A DNA stretch of 64,000 nt from Alphaproteobacteria bacterium (GCA_965221125.1 CBDCRW010000006.1:544001-608000), one strand, 5' to 3'. Shown: positions 10,279-20,502, counted from the first letter of the stretch. A program made the numbers and translations. The notes: a model not told the origin generated them from the sequence alone.

Positions 10279-10878
10279 GTGTCTCACAGCGCCGCCATCC
10301 ACGATCGCAAGCAGGCGCTGCGCGAGTATGCGCTTGCGCGGCGGCGCTCTGCGCGGCGGACGGCGGGGCCGGGGGCCGGAGTGCGGGCCGCCAACCATTA
10401 CCTGGCTGCGGTCCCGACGCCAGCGGGCGCGGTCGTCTCCGGCTACTGGGCGATCCGGGACGAGATCGACGCCATGCCGCTCCTCGCGCGGCTCGTGGGC
10501 GCGGGCTTCGTTTGCTGCCTGCCGGCGGTGGCGGGCAAGGGCCAGGCGCTCCAGTTTCGCGTCTGGACGCCGGGGGCCGAACTCTCGCGGGGGCCGTTCC
10601 GCATTCCCGAGCCGGCGGAGGACGCCGTACCGTGCCGGCCGACCCACCTTCTGGTGCCGCTGCTCGCCTACGACCGCGATGGCTACCGGCTCGGATACGG
10701 CGGCGGCTACTACGACCGCTCGCTCAGGGCGCTGCGCCAGTCGCGCCCCATCGTCGCGGTGGGCATGGCCTATACGGAGCAGCTCGTGCCGGAGCTGCCC
10801 CGTGCCGAGCACGACGAGCCGCTCGACTGGATCGTCACCGAGCGGGGCGCCATGCCGATGACCGCGCGCGCGGCCTGA
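10279..10878 (+). CDS. ygfA: 5-formyltetrahydrofolate cyclo-ligase
   Basis: LLVPLLAYDRDGYRLGYGGGYYDR and HDEPLDWIVTE motifs; GTG start after 6S RNA. Confidence 0.93.
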   Translation: MSHSAAIHDRKQALREYALARRRSARRTAGPGAGVRAANHYLAAVPTPAGAVVSGYWAIRDEIDAMPLLARLVGAGFVCCLPAVAGKGQALQFRVWTPGAELSRGPFRIPEPAEDAVPCRPTHLLVPLLAYDRDGYRLGYGGGYYDRSLRALRQSRPIVAVGMAYTEQLVPELPRAEHDEPLDWIVTERGAMPMTARAA

Positions 10879-10904
10879 CCGCAAGCACCGGGCGAGGCTC
10901 GAAA

Positions 10905-11717
10905 ATGCGCATCCTCTTCTGCGGCGACGTCGTGGGCCGCCCCGGCCGCGATATCCTTGCCGAACGCCTGCCGCGCCTGCGCGAGGAGCTTGCCCTCGAT
11001 CTCGTGATCGTCAACGGCGAGAACGCCGCCGGCGGCTTCGGCATCACGCCGGAGATCTGCAAGGCCCTCTATCAGGTCGGCGCCGACGTGATCACGCTCG
11101 GCAATCACGCCTGGGATCAGCGCGGCACGGAGAGCTACATCGAGACCGACCGCCGGCTCGTCCGCGCCCGCAACTACCCGAGGGGCACGCCGGGAAGCGC
11201 CGGCGCGCTGCTCCACACGCAGGACGGCCGCACGGTCTTCGTCTTCCAGGTGCTGACCCAGCTCTTCATGGACCCTATCGGCGAGCCCTTCGCCTGTGTC
11301 GAGGAGACGCTGCAGGAGCACCGCCTCGGGCGGTCAGCGGACGCGATCGTGCTCGACATCCACGGCGAGGCGACGGCCGAGAAGCAGGCGCTGGCCTATC
11401 TCGCCGACGGCCGGGTCTCGCTGGCGGTGGGCACCCACACCCATGTGCCGACGGCCGACCAGCGCATCCTGCCCAAAGGGACGGCCTACATGTCGGACGT
11501 CGGCATGTGCGGCAGCTATGAGTCGATCATCGGCCTTGCGGTCGACGCGCCGCTCGCGCGCTTCACGCGGAAGCGCCCCGGCCCCCGAGCTGCGCCCGCT
11601 GGCGGCGAAGCGACCCTCTGCGCCGTCCTGGTCGAGACCGACGACGAGACTGGCCTCGCGCGCCACGTCGGCCTGCTCAGGCAGGGCGGCGTGCTCGAAG
11701 CCTGCTGGCCCGTGTGA
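10905..11717 (+). CDS. ymdB: TIGR00282/YmdB family metallophosphoesterase
   Basis: MRILFCGDVVGRPGR, NGENAAGGFG, ITLGNH, DIHGEATAEK, GTHTHVPTAD motifs. Confidence 0.93.
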   Translation: MRILFCGDVVGRPGRDILAERLPRLREELALDLVIVNGENAAGGFGITPEICKALYQVGADVITLGNHAWDQRGTESYIETDRRLVRARNYPRGTPGSAGALLHTQDGRTVFVFQVLTQLFMDPIGEPFACVEETLQEHRLGRSADAIVLDIHGEATAEKQALAYLADGRVSLAVGTHTHVPTADQRILPKGTAYMSDVGMCGSYESIIGLAVDAPLARFTRKRPGPRAAPAGGEATLCAVLVETDDETGLARHVGLLRQGGVLEACWPV

Positions 11718-11808
11718 CCACGCCGCCGGCCGCAGCCTGAGGACAAGCCGTGGCCGAGACGGCGGGCTCGTGTTTCAGCGGCAGGCTGCTCCGCGAACTT
11801 CCCTAGAA

Positions 11809-11823
11809 TACCAATATTTGGTA
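11809..11823. promoter_or_regulatory. Palindromic operator upstream of parDE
   Basis: TACCAA-TAT-TTGGTA inverted repeat in an AT-rich patch between TAGAAT and TACACT -10-like hexamers, 25 nt before parD. Confidence 0.6.
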
Positions 11824-11848
11824 CACTGGGTGCGAAAGGAGCGTCCAC

Positions 11849-12085
11849 ATGTCACGCAATACATCGGTGTCGCTGGGGGAGCACTTTGTGGGTTTCATCG
11901 ATGAGCGCATCGCGTCGGGCCGCTACAACTCGGCCAGCGACGTGATCCGCGCCGGATTGCGGTTGCTGGAAGAGCACGAGTCCAGGGTAGAGGCCCTGCG
12001 CGACGCCTTGATCGAGGGCGAGCGATCCGGCCCCGCTACGCCATTCGATTTCGACGCGTTCATCGACCGCAAGAAGTCCACCTGA
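11849..12085 (+). CDS. parD: Type II antitoxin, ParD family (RHH)
   Basis: RNTSVSLGEHF...SGRYNSASDVIRAGLRLLEE...EGERSG...FDFDAF. Confidence 0.93.
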   Translation: MSRNTSVSLGEHFVGFIDERIASGRYNSASDVIRAGLRLLEEHESRVEALRDALIEGERSGPATPFDFDAFIDRKKST

Positions 12086-12090
12086 GGGCT

Positions 12091-12381
12091 ATGCCCGGCT
12101 ATACGCTGTCGCCGGCAGCTCAGGGCGATCTGTCGGAGATTTGGGACTACACGGCGAAGCACTGGGGCGAAGCGCAGGCGGAGCGATATGCCCGCAGCAT
12201 TCAAGCGACGTGCGAAGGTCTGAGCGACGGCACTCTGGTCGGATTATCGGCCGAAGATATCCGGGCCGGATACCGGAAAATCGCCGCTGGCTCGCACGTC
12301 ATGTACTACCGCGAGCGAGAGGGTACCCTTGAGATCGTGCGCATCCTGCACCGGCGCATGGACGTTTCCCGGCACCTCTAG
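12091..12381 (+). CDS. parE: Type II toxin, ParE family
   Basis: YTLSPAAQGDLSEIWDYT...WGEAQAERY...IRAGYRK...GSHVMYY...IVRILHRRMD. Confidence 0.93.
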   Translation: MPGYTLSPAAQGDLSEIWDYTAKHWGEAQAERYARSIQATCEGLSDGTLVGLSAEDIRAGYRKIAAGSHVMYYREREGTLEIVRILHRRMDVSRHL

Positions 12382-12383
12382 CC

Positions 12384-13472
12384 CTAGCTCGCCTGGCGCA
12401 GGGGCTCGGATTGGGCGGCGAAGTGGGGGGCCACGTCGCGGGCGAAGCGCTCCCACATCTCGTGACGATAGGCGCGCGGCATGCCGTAGGTCGCGTTCTG
12501 CAGGATGAAGTGGTTGAAGCCGAGGTCGACGTAGGCCTGCAGCTTCTCACACACGGTCTCGGCGCGGCCGACGAGCTGGAGGTCGAGCCACGGGCCCAGA
12601 TTGTCCGGATTGGTGAGCTTCTTGGAGGTCGCCATGAACTTGCTGAAGGCCTTGAACTCCTTCAGTTCCTTCCAGGGGTCGGCGTCGGCCTCGTAGTGCT
12701 CCACCACCTTCACGAAGTAGCGCGAGAGATGCTCCTTGGCGAGGGCGTCCGCCTCTTCGTCGGTGTCCGCGAGGACCGCGTGGATCAGGATCGGGCGGGT
12801 GACGTCGGTGGAGCCGCCCCGCGCCAGTGTTTCCTCGTTCCAGCGCGCGAAGTCGTTGCTGTGGAAGTGCATGGGGAAGTTCGAGACCCGGATCATGGGG
12901 AGGTCGAGCTGGGCCATGATGCCGGCGCTCTCCGGGCTGCTGGTCGCGCCATAGAGGTTCACCCTCTCGAGGACGGCCTTGGGCCGGAGTTCGATCGGCC
13001 GCTCGATGTCGAAGAATTCGCCCCTGTATGTGAAGGTCCCGCCCGTGAGCGCCTTGCCGATGACCTCGCGGCACTCGCGGAAGCGCGCGCGGGTGTCGGT
13101 CATGGAAACGCCGAAGGCGTCGTACTCGAGCCGCGCGAGGCCGCGCCCGAAGCCGATGTGGAGATTGCCCCGGCTCATCTGGCTTAGCATGGCGATCTCG
13201 CCGGCGAGCCTGAGCGGGCTGTACCAGGGCAGGACCAGAACGCAGGTCCCGAGGTCCATGTCGGGGTAGCGGCCTGCGAGATGGGAGAGCATCACAGTCG
13301 GGCTCGGTGTCGGGAAGTAGTCCGAGAAGTGGTGCTCGATCACCCAGAATGCGTCGTAACCGAGTGCGGCGACGCGATCCGCGTCCACCAGGGCCTCGAC
13401 GTACTGGTCCGCGTCCGACGCGCCGGGCTCGCCCACCGCCGAAATGACCGTTCCGAACTTGATCTCGCTCAT
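12384..13472 (-). CDS. LLM class (luciferase-like) flavin-dependent oxidoreductase
   Basis: GYDAFWVIEHHFS, VLVLPWYSPLRLAGEIAMLSQMSRG...GFGRG...EYDAFG; ATG 13472 follows GAGGAG RBS. Confidence 0.9.
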   Translation of the reverse strand: MSEIKFGTVISAVGEPGASDADQYVEALVDADRVAALGYDAFWVIEHHFSDYFPTPSPTVMLSHLAGRYPDMDLGTCVLVLPWYSPLRLAGEIAMLSQMSRGNLHIGFGRGLARLEYDAFGVSMTDTRARFRECREVIGKALTGGTFTYRGEFFDIERPIELRPKAVLERVNLYGATSSPESAGIMAQLDLPMIRVSNFPMHFHSNDFARWNEETLARGGSTDVTRPILIHAVLADTDEEADALAKEHLSRYFVKVVEHYEADADPWKELKEFKAFSKFMATSKKLTNPDNLGPWLDLQLVGRAETVCEKLQAYVDLGFNHFILQNATYGMPRAYRHEMWERFARDVAPHFAAQSEPLRQAS

Positions 13473-13535
13473 GGCTCCTCGTCCCTGCCGGCGCCCCAAC
13501 TCGATTACGGCAATCCTAACCGCAGGCCGAAAAGA

Positions 13536-13551
13536 AAACAAACGTTTGGTT
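13536..13551. promoter_or_regulatory. Palindromic operator candidate upstream of the LLM gene
   Basis: AAACAAACGTTTGGTT with perfect core CAAACGTTTG (13539-13548) in an AT-rich intergenic patch. Confidence 0.5.
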
Positions 13552-13630
13552 GGGATCGGGGGCGGTGTGCTCACACGGTCGTGCCCGTTAGCGGTGGCGC
13601 CATTCGCCCTCCGCCCCTATAACCCGGCCC

Positions 13631-14452
13631 ATGACGGGGCTTTCCTTCACCAAGATGCACGGGCTCGGCAACGACTTCGTGGTGTTCGACGCGCGACAGA
13701 CACCGCTCGCGCTCGATGGCGCGCGCGTGCGCGCCATTGCGGACAGACGCGCCGGCGTCGGCTGCGACCAGGTGGTGGCCCTGGAGGCCCCGCGCAACGG
13801 CGGGACGGACGCCTATCTCAGGTTCTGGAACCAGGACGGCGGCGAGGTCGCGGCGTGCGGCAACGGCACCCGCTGCGCGGCCCGGCTGCTGCTGGACGAG
13901 AGCGCACGAACCAGCGTGGTTCTGGAGACCGGCGCCGGACGGCTCGCCGCGCAGGAGGCCGGCGGGGGGCAGGTGCGCGTCGACATGGGGCCGGCGCGGC
14001 TCGACTGGCGCGAGATCCCCTTGGCCCGCGCCACGGACACGCTCCACGTCGCAGTCGGCGCAGGGCCGCTCGGCGACGCGGTCGCGGTCAACATGGGCAA
14101 CCCGCACGCGGTGTTCTTCGTGGACGAGGCGGATGCCGTACCCCTTGAAGCGCTGGGCCCCGGCCTGGAGACCGATCCGCTCTTCCCCGAGCACGCGAAC
14201 ATCGGCGTCGCCCAGCGGCTCGCGGACGACCGCCTGCGGCTGCGGGTATGGGAGCGGGGCGCGGGCCTCACCAATGCCTGCGGCACCGGCGCCTGCGCCG
14301 CAGCGGTCGCCGGCGCACGGCGGGGCCTTACGGGCCGCGGCGTCACGGTCGTGCTCGACGGGGGGGAGCTGGAAATCCTTTGGCGGGACGACGGCCATGT
14401 CGAGATGACCGGGCCCACCGCCGCGAGCTTTTCGGGCGTGCTGCCGGCATGA
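13631..14452 (+). CDS. dapF: Diaminopimelate epimerase
   Basis: FTKMHGLGNDF, ACGNGTRC, NMGNPHAV, VWERGAGLTNACGTGACA motifs. Confidence 0.97.
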   Translation: MTGLSFTKMHGLGNDFVVFDARQTPLALDGARVRAIADRRAGVGCDQVVALEAPRNGGTDAYLRFWNQDGGEVAACGNGTRCAARLLLDESARTSVVLETGAGRLAAQEAGGGQVRVDMGPARLDWREIPLARATDTLHVAVGAGPLGDAVAVNMGNPHAVFFVDEADAVPLEALGPGLETDPLFPEHANIGVAQRLADDRLRLRVWERGAGLTNACGTGACAAAVAGARRGLTGRGVTVVLDGGELEILWRDDGHVEMTGPTAASFSGVLPA

Positions 14453-15696
14453 GCGGGCTCGACGTCATCACCTTCGGCTGCCGGCTCAACGCCTACGAGT
14501 CGGAGGTCATGCGCGCCCGCGCCCGCGCTGCCGGCCTGACCGAGGGCGTCATCGTCAACACCTGCGCGGTGACGGGCGAGGCCGAGCGCCAGGCGCGACA
14601 GGCGATCCGCCGCGCGAGACGGCAGAACCCGGCGGCGACGATCATCGCCACCGGCTGCGCCGCCCAGCTCGACCCGGAGCGCTACGCCGCGATGCCGGAG
14701 GTCGACCGGGTCATCGGCAACCGGGAGAAGCTCACGTTGGAGGGGCTCGCGCCCGACGCGGGCGAACGCATCGCGGTCGGCGACATCATGGCGGTGCGCG
14801 AGACCGCGGGCCATCTGCTCGCGGGCTACGAGGCCCGTTCGCGCGCCTTCGTGCAGGTGCAGAACGGCTGCGATCACCGCTGCACCTTCTGCATCATCCC
14901 CTTCGCCAGGGGCCCGAGCCGGAGCGTGCCGCTCGGCGCCATCGCGGCCGAGGTGCGCGCGCTCGTCGCCAACGGTCACAACGAGGTGGTGCTGAGCGGC
15001 GTCGATCTCGGCCATTACGGCGCCGATCTGCCGGGCCGGCCACCGCTCGGCGAGGCGGTGCGCCGCCTGCTCCAGGCCGTGCCGGAGCTGCCGCGGCTCA
15101 GACTCTCCTCCATCGACCCGGTGGAGATCGACCCCGCGCTGGAGCGGCTCTTTGCCGACGAGCCGCGCCTCATGCCGCACCTGCACCTCAGCCTGCAGGC
15201 GGGCGACGACATGGTGCTCAAGCGGATGAAGCGCCGCCACTGCCGCGCCGACGTGCTTGCCCTCTGCCGGAGGCTGCGCGCGCTCAGGCCGGGGATCGCC
15301 TTTGGCGCCGACCTGATCGCGGGCTTCCCCACCGAGACACAGGCGATGTACGAGAACACGCGGCGCCTGATCGAGGAGGCCGGCCTGGTCTGGCTCCACG
15401 TCTTCCCCTATTCGCCCCGCCCCGGCACGCCGGCGGCGCGCATGCCGCAGGTGGCGGGGCCCGAGCGCCGCGCCCGCGCTGCGGAACTCCGTGCAGCGGC
15501 GGAGGGTCCGCGACGGCGCTTTCTGGACGGGCGCATCGGTGGTGAGAGCCAGGTCTTGTTGGAGAAGCCGGACAGCGGGCGCGACGAGTGCTTCGCCGAG
15601 GTCGACTTCGACCGCCCGGCGGGAGAGCCCGGCGCCCTGGTTCAGGCGCGCATCAGCGGAGTGGCAGGCGAGCGCCTGATCGGGACCGCCGCCTGA
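14449..15696 (+). CDS. mtaB: tRNA t6A37 methylthiotransferase MtaB
   Basis: TFGCRLNAYESE, VNTCAVT, radical SAM motif QNGCDHRCTFC; dapF-mtaB-ftsY synteny; ATGA overlap. Confidence 0.93.
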   Translation: MSGLDVITFGCRLNAYESEVMRARARAAGLTEGVIVNTCAVTGEAERQARQAIRRARRQNPAATIIATGCAAQLDPERYAAMPEVDRVIGNREKLTLEGLAPDAGERIAVGDIMAVRETAGHLLAGYEARSRAFVQVQNGCDHRCTFCIIPFARGPSRSVPLGAIAAEVRALVANGHNEVVLSGVDLGHYGADLPGRPPLGEAVRRLLQAVPELPRLRLSSIDPVEIDPALERLFADEPRLMPHLHLSLQAGDDMVLKRMKRRHCRADVLALCRRLRALRPGIAFGADLIAGFPTETQAMYENTRRLIEEAGLVWLHVFPYSPRPGTPAARMPQVAGPERRARAAELRAAAEGPRRRFLDGRIGGESQVLLEKPDSGRDECFAEVDFDRPAGEPGALVQARISGVAGERLIGTAA

Positions 15697-16637
15697 TGGC
15701 AAGTGAAGGCGGGGCCGGGCGCGGCCTGCTTGCGCGGCTCAAGGCAGGGCTGCGGCGGACCTCGAACAGCCTCACCGGCGGCATCGGCGCGATCTTCACC
15801 GGCCGCCAGTTGGACGACGCGGCCCTCGAGGAGCTGGAAGAGGTGCTCATCGCCGGCGACCTCGGCGCGGCGACGGCAGCCGAGCTCACAGCCGCGCTCG
15901 CCGAGCAGCGCTTCGGCAAGGAAGTCACCGCCGGCGAGGTGCGCCAAGCGCTCGCCGACCAGATCGCCGATCTTCTCGCGCCGGTCGAAGGGACACTTGC
16001 GATCGACGGCGACGCGAAGCCCCACGTGATCCTCGTGGCGGGCGTCAACGGCACGGGCAAGACCACCACCATCGGCAAGCTCGCCCAGCGCCTGGGCGGC
16101 GAGGGGAAGCGCGTCATGCTGGTGGCGGGCGACACCTTTCGCGCCGCCGCCGTGGAGCAGTTAGAAATCTGGGGCGAACGCGCCAGCGCGCCCGTGGTGG
16201 CGCGGACGGACGGCGGCGACCCCGCGGGCCTCGCCTTCGATGCGCTGGAGCGCGCCAGGGCCGAAGGCATCGACGTGCTTCTCATCGACACCGCCGGCCG
16301 GCTGCAGAACAAGGCGCACCTCATGGCCGAGCTGCAGAAGATCGACCGCGTGCTCAAAAAACTCGATCCGAACGCGCCGCACAGCCGCCTCCTGGTGCTC
16401 GACGCGACCACCGGCCAGAACGCGCTCAACCAGGTCGATGTCTTTCGCGAGGCCATCGCCGTCGACGGCCTGGTGATGACGAAGCTCGACGGCACGGCAA
16501 AGGGCGGCGTTCTGGTGGCGCTGGCACGGCGCTTCGGCGTGCCGGTGGTGGCAATCGGCATCGGCGAGGGGATCGACGACCTGCGCCCCTTCGAGGCCCG
16601 CGCCTTCGCCACCGCCCTGATGGGTCTCGACGAGTAG
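15696..16637 (+). CDS. ftsY: Signal recognition particle receptor FtsY
   Basis: GVNGTGKTTTIGK, DTFRAAA, DTAGRLQN, TKLDGTAKGG motifs; TGATG overlap. Confidence 0.97.
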   Translation: MASEGGAGRGLLARLKAGLRRTSNSLTGGIGAIFTGRQLDDAALEELEEVLIAGDLGAATAAELTAALAEQRFGKEVTAGEVRQALADQIADLLAPVEGTLAIDGDAKPHVILVAGVNGTGKTTTIGKLAQRLGGEGKRVMLVAGDTFRAAAVEQLEIWGERASAPVVARTDGGDPAGLAFDALERARAEGIDVLLIDTAGRLQNKAHLMAELQKIDRVLKKLDPNAPHSRLLVLDATTGQNALNQVDVFREAIAVDGLVMTKLDGTAKGGVLVALARRFGVPVVAIGIGEGIDDLRPFEARAFATALMGLDE

Positions 16638-16644
16638 ACGGAGT

Positions 16645-17217
16645 TCAGCGGCGGGCGGCGATGCCCGGCCGGTAGTCGCCGACGTCGCCGGCGGGGTTGG
16701 TGAACGGCGCAAACTCGCCGCTCTCCGGCGCTTCCGCATGGTGGCGCAGCGCCCAGGTGACGGAGGGGAACGCGAGCGAATCCCAGGGGATCTCTTCTCG
16801 AGTGAAGAGCGCGGCCTCCAGGCTCTCGAACCCCGGCGCGATCTCGGGCCGCGCAAGGTGCGCCCGGTAGAAGAGCTGCACCAGGCTGATGCGGGGGATC
16901 GTGTAGACCGCGAGCAGCGCTCCGATCACGATATCGGCGCCGGCTTCCTCCTCGGCCTCGCGCCGCGCGCCCTCGGCCGGATCCTCGTGCAGCTCCAGGA
17001 ACCCCGCAGGCAGGGTCCAGAAGCCGGCCTGCGGCTCGATCGCGCGGCGGCAGAGGAGGATGCGCCCGTCCCATGTCGCGACCGAGCCCACGACGATCTT
17101 CGGATTCTCGTAACGGATGAAACCGCACGTGTCGCAGACCAGGCGCGGCCTGTCGTCGCCTTCCGGCACCTTGCGCACGATCGGGCCGCCGCTGTTGGGA
17201 TAGCGCCCCATGACCAT
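16645..17217 (-). CDS. NUDIX hydrolase
   Basis: PEGDDRPRLVCDTCGFIRYENPKIVVG, WTLPAGFLELHE...GARREAEEEAG Nudix box; start at 17217 or 17211. Confidence 0.9.
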   Translation of the reverse strand: MVMGRYPNSGGPIVRKVPEGDDRPRLVCDTCGFIRYENPKIVVGSVATWDGRILLCRRAIEPQAGFWTLPAGFLELHEDPAEGARREAEEEAGADIVIGALLAVYTIPRISLVQLFYRAHLARPEIAPGFESLEAALFTREEIPWDSLAFPSVTWALRHHAEAPESGEFAPFTNPAGDVGDYRPGIAARR

Positions 17218-17436
17218 GCGAGTATGAGGCGCGCGCTCGCCGCGAGTCCAGCGGCCCGGTCGCCAGCCGGGGAGCGAACGCCTCATCCGCCTACCTGCCG
17301 AGCGACACGATGTCGTGATTGGCGATACCCGATGCCGCGACTCATGTTATGCCCTACTGGCGTGGCACAGCGCTGGCGGCCGACGGTGCGCGACGGGCAC
17401 AGGGACCCGGCGCAGCCATCAGGAGGAGGTGGACCC

Positions 17437-19296
17437 GTGAGACTCAGCAGAAGACGCTTCGTTCAGGCCTCAGGCCTAGCCGCCGCGTCGTCGATGGCGC
17501 CGCTCCCGCCCCTGATCGGAGCCGCGACGGCGGAGGAGGCACCCCACGGTCTCTCGCTCTTCGGAGATCTGAAGTACGGCCCCGACTTCGCCCACTTCGA
17601 CTACGTGGACCCCGCCGCGCCCAAGGGCGGGCTGCTGCACCTCGCCACGGTCGACACCTACAGCACGCTCAATCCCTTCACGCTGAAGGGCCAGAGCGTG
17701 GCGGGCGCGGGGCTGCCCTTCGAGAGCCTGCTCGAAGGCTCGGCGGACGAGGCCGATGCGGCCTACGGGCTGATCGCCCAGGGCGTTTCCCTTGCGCCTG
17801 ATCGCCGTAGCGTGCGCTTCCTCCTCAGGCCGGAGGCGCGCTGGCACGACGGCACGCCGATCACGGCACGCGACGTGGCATTTTCGTTTGAAATTCTCAC
17901 GACCGAGGGCCATCCCGCTTACGCCAACCAGCTTGCCGGCGTGGACCGGGTCGAGACCGCCGGCGACCACGACGTCACCTTTCATCTCGCCGACCCCGAC
18001 AACCGCAAGCTGCCGCTGATCGTGGGCGGCATGTCGATCGTCTCCGAGGCCTATTTCAAGGACCGTACGTTCGGAGAGACGACGATGGACCCGCCGCTCG
18101 GCAGCGGCCCCTATCGCATCGCCAAGGTCGATCCGGGCCGCTCGATCACCTACGAGCGCGTCCCGGACCATTGGGGCGCTCACCTGCCGCTCAACGTGGG
18201 GCGCTACAATTTCGGCACCATCGTCTACGACTACTACCGCGACCGCACGGTGCTAGTGGAGGCGCTGAAGGCAGGCGAGTACGACCTGCACGAGGAGTTC
18301 ACGTCGAAGGTGTGGGCGACGCAGTACGACATTCCCGCCGTCGAGGAAGGCTGGCTCGTCAAGGACGTGCTGAAGGACAACACCCCGTCCGGCGTGCAGG
18401 CCTTCTTCTTCAACACGCGGCTCCCCAAGTTCCAGGACCGGCGCGTGCGCGAGGCCTTCGCCTTCGCCTTCGATTTCGAGTGGCTCAACAAGAACCAGTT
18501 CTACGGGCTCTACGAGCGCATGGCGAGCTACTTCGAGAACTCGGAGCTGGCGGCCCGCGGCCTACCGTCGGAGGCCGAGCTCGCTCTGCTCGAGCCCCAT
18601 CGGGGCGCGATCCCCGAGGAGGTCTTCACCACCCCGTTCGTGCCGCCCGCGACCGACGGCTCGGGCAACAACCGGCGCAACCTGCGCGCCGCGCGCACGC
18701 TCCTGGAGGAGGCTGGCTGGATCACGCGGGACGGCGCGCTGGTCAACGAGGCCACCGGCGAGCCGATGACCGTCGAGTTCCTCTATTTCGAGCCCACCTT
18801 CGAGCGCATCTATGCGGTCTTCGCCCGCAGCCTGGAGCGCCTCGGCGTGGGCGTGACGCTCCGCCTCGTCGATGGCGCGCAGTACGAGGAACGGCTCAAG
18901 ACGCACGACTTCGAGATCACGACGATCCGCTTCGTCTTCAGCCTCTCGCCGGGCGTCGAGCTCAACTCCTACTTCGCGAGTGCCACCGTGGACCAGGTCG
19001 GCTCGTTCAACATCCCCGGCATCAAGGACCCGGTGGTCGATGCACTGATCGCCGACGTCGCCGCCGCCACCGACCGCGACTCCCTCATCGCCGCCGCCCG
19101 CGCGCTCGACCGCGTCCTGCTCTGGGGCCACTACATGGTCCCCCAGTGGTATAAGGGGGCGCACCACCTCGTCTACTGGAACAAGTTCGCCCGGCCCGCC
19201 GTCAAGCCCCGCTACGCGCGGGGCATCATCGACACATGGTGGGTCGATGAGGAGAAGGACGACGCCTTGAGGGCCTACCGCGAAGGCGCGGCGTGA
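17437..19296 (+). CDS. yejA: ABC peptide transporter substrate-binding protein, YejA/microcin C family
   Basis: Tat signal SRRRFV; HGLSLFGDLKY...FAHFDYVDPAAPKGG, PPLGSGPY, ALDRVLLWGHY; GTG start after GGAGG. Confidence 0.92.
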   Translation: MRLSRRRFVQASGLAAASSMAPLPPLIGAATAEEAPHGLSLFGDLKYGPDFAHFDYVDPAAPKGGLLHLATVDTYSTLNPFTLKGQSVAGAGLPFESLLEGSADEADAAYGLIAQGVSLAPDRRSVRFLLRPEARWHDGTPITARDVAFSFEILTTEGHPAYANQLAGVDRVETAGDHDVTFHLADPDNRKLPLIVGGMSIVSEAYFKDRTFGETTMDPPLGSGPYRIAKVDPGRSITYERVPDHWGAHLPLNVGRYNFGTIVYDYYRDRTVLVEALKAGEYDLHEEFTSKVWATQYDIPAVEEGWLVKDVLKDNTPSGVQAFFFNTRLPKFQDRRVREAFAFAFDFEWLNKNQFYGLYERMASYFENSELAARGLPSEAELALLEPHRGAIPEEVFTTPFVPPATDGSGNNRRNLRAARTLLEEAGWITRDGALVNEATGEPMTVEFLYFEPTFERIYAVFARSLERLGVGVTLRLVDGAQYEERLKTHDFEITTIRFVFSLSPGVELNSYFASATVDQVGSFNIPGIKDPVVDALIADVAAATDRDSLIAAARALDRVLLWGHYMVPQWYKGAHHLVYWNKFARPAVKPRYARGIIDTWWVDEEKDDALRAYREGAA

Positions 19297-19389
19297 GGGG
19301 CGGCATCATCCCTGCCTTGCGGGCCGGTTCCGCCGCAGACGGGGTGCCAGTGGAGAGTCCGGGCTAGCGCCGCAAACACCGCGACAGCC

Positions 19390-20499
19390 ATGTTTGCCTA
19401 TATCGTCCGCCGCCTGCTGCTGATCGTGCCGACGCTGTTCGCGATCATGGTGATCAACTTCGCGATCATCCAGATCGCGCCGGGCGGGCCGGTGGAGCAG
19501 GCGATCGCGGAGCTCACCGGCTCGGCCGTGGGCGCGACGGCGCGCATCTCCGGCGCGGGCCCCGGCGAGGTGGGCACCGAGGGGCAGTTCGACATCTCGC
19601 AGCGCACCGACACGAGCAAGTATCGGGGCGCGCGCGGCCTCGACCCCGAGCTGATCGAGCGGCTGGAGAAGGAATACGGCTTCGACAAGCCGCCGCTGGA
19701 GCGCTTCCTCCACATGATGGGGCAGTACGTGCGCTTCGACTTCGGGACCAGCTTCTTCCGCGACGACCGCGTGGTCGACCTGGTCCTGGACAAGCTGCCG
19801 GTCTCGATCTCGCTCGGGCTCTGGACCACGCTGCTGGCGTATCTGATCTCGATTCCCCTGGGTATCGCCAAGGCGGTGCGCGACGGCCAGCGCTTCGACG
19901 TCTGGACCAGCGGCGTCATTATCGTGGGCTACGCGATCCCGAACTTCATCTTCGCGATCCTGCTGATCGTGCTCTTCGCCGGCGGCAGCTACCTGGACTG
20001 GTTCCCGCTGCGTGGGCTCGTCTCCAACGACTTCGGCGAGCTCTCGCTGCTGGGCCAGATCGAGGACTATTTCTGGCATCTCGCGCTGCCGATCCTGGCG
20101 ATGGCGGTGAGCGGCTTCGCCACCACCACGATGCTGACCAAGAACTCCTTCCTGGATCAGATCAGCCAGCACTACGTCATCACCGCGCGCGCCAAGGGGC
20201 TGACGGAGCGCCGCGTGCTCTACGGCCACGTCTTCCGCAACGCCATGCTGATCGTGATCGCAGGCCTGCCCGGCGCATTCATCGGGATTCTCTTCACCGG
20301 CGTGCTGCTGATCGAGGTCATCTTCTCGCTCGACGGGCTGGGGCTCCTGGGTTTCGAATCCCTGCTCAAGCGGGACTATCCCATCATCTTCGGCACGCTC
20401 TTCTTCTTCACCCTGCTCGGGCTCGTCGTGAACCTGATCGGCGATCTCATGTACGTGATCATCGACCCCCGCATCGATTTCGAGACGCGGGAGGTGTGA
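19390..20499 (+). CDS. yejB: ABC permease YejB
   Basis: [39 protein letters not shown] motifs. Confidence 0.95.
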   Translation: MFAYIVRRLLLIVPTLFAIMVINFAIIQIAPGGPVEQAIAELTGSAVGATARISGAGPGEVGTEGQFDISQRTDTSKYRGARGLDPELIERLEKEYGFDKPPLERFLHMMGQYVRFDFGTSFFRDDRVVDLVLDKLPVSISLGLWTTLLAYLISIPLGIAKAVRDGQRFDVWTSGVIIVGYAIPNFIFAILLIVLFAGGSYLDWFPLRGLVSNDFGELSLLGQIEDYFWHLALPILAMAVSGFATTTMLTKNSFLDQISQHYVITARAKGLTERRVLYGHVFRNAMLIVIAGLPGAFIGILFTGVLLIEVIFSLDGLGLLGFESLLKRDYPIIFGTLFFFTLLGLVVNLIGDLMYVIIDPRIDFETREV

Positions 20500-20502
20500 G
20501 CG

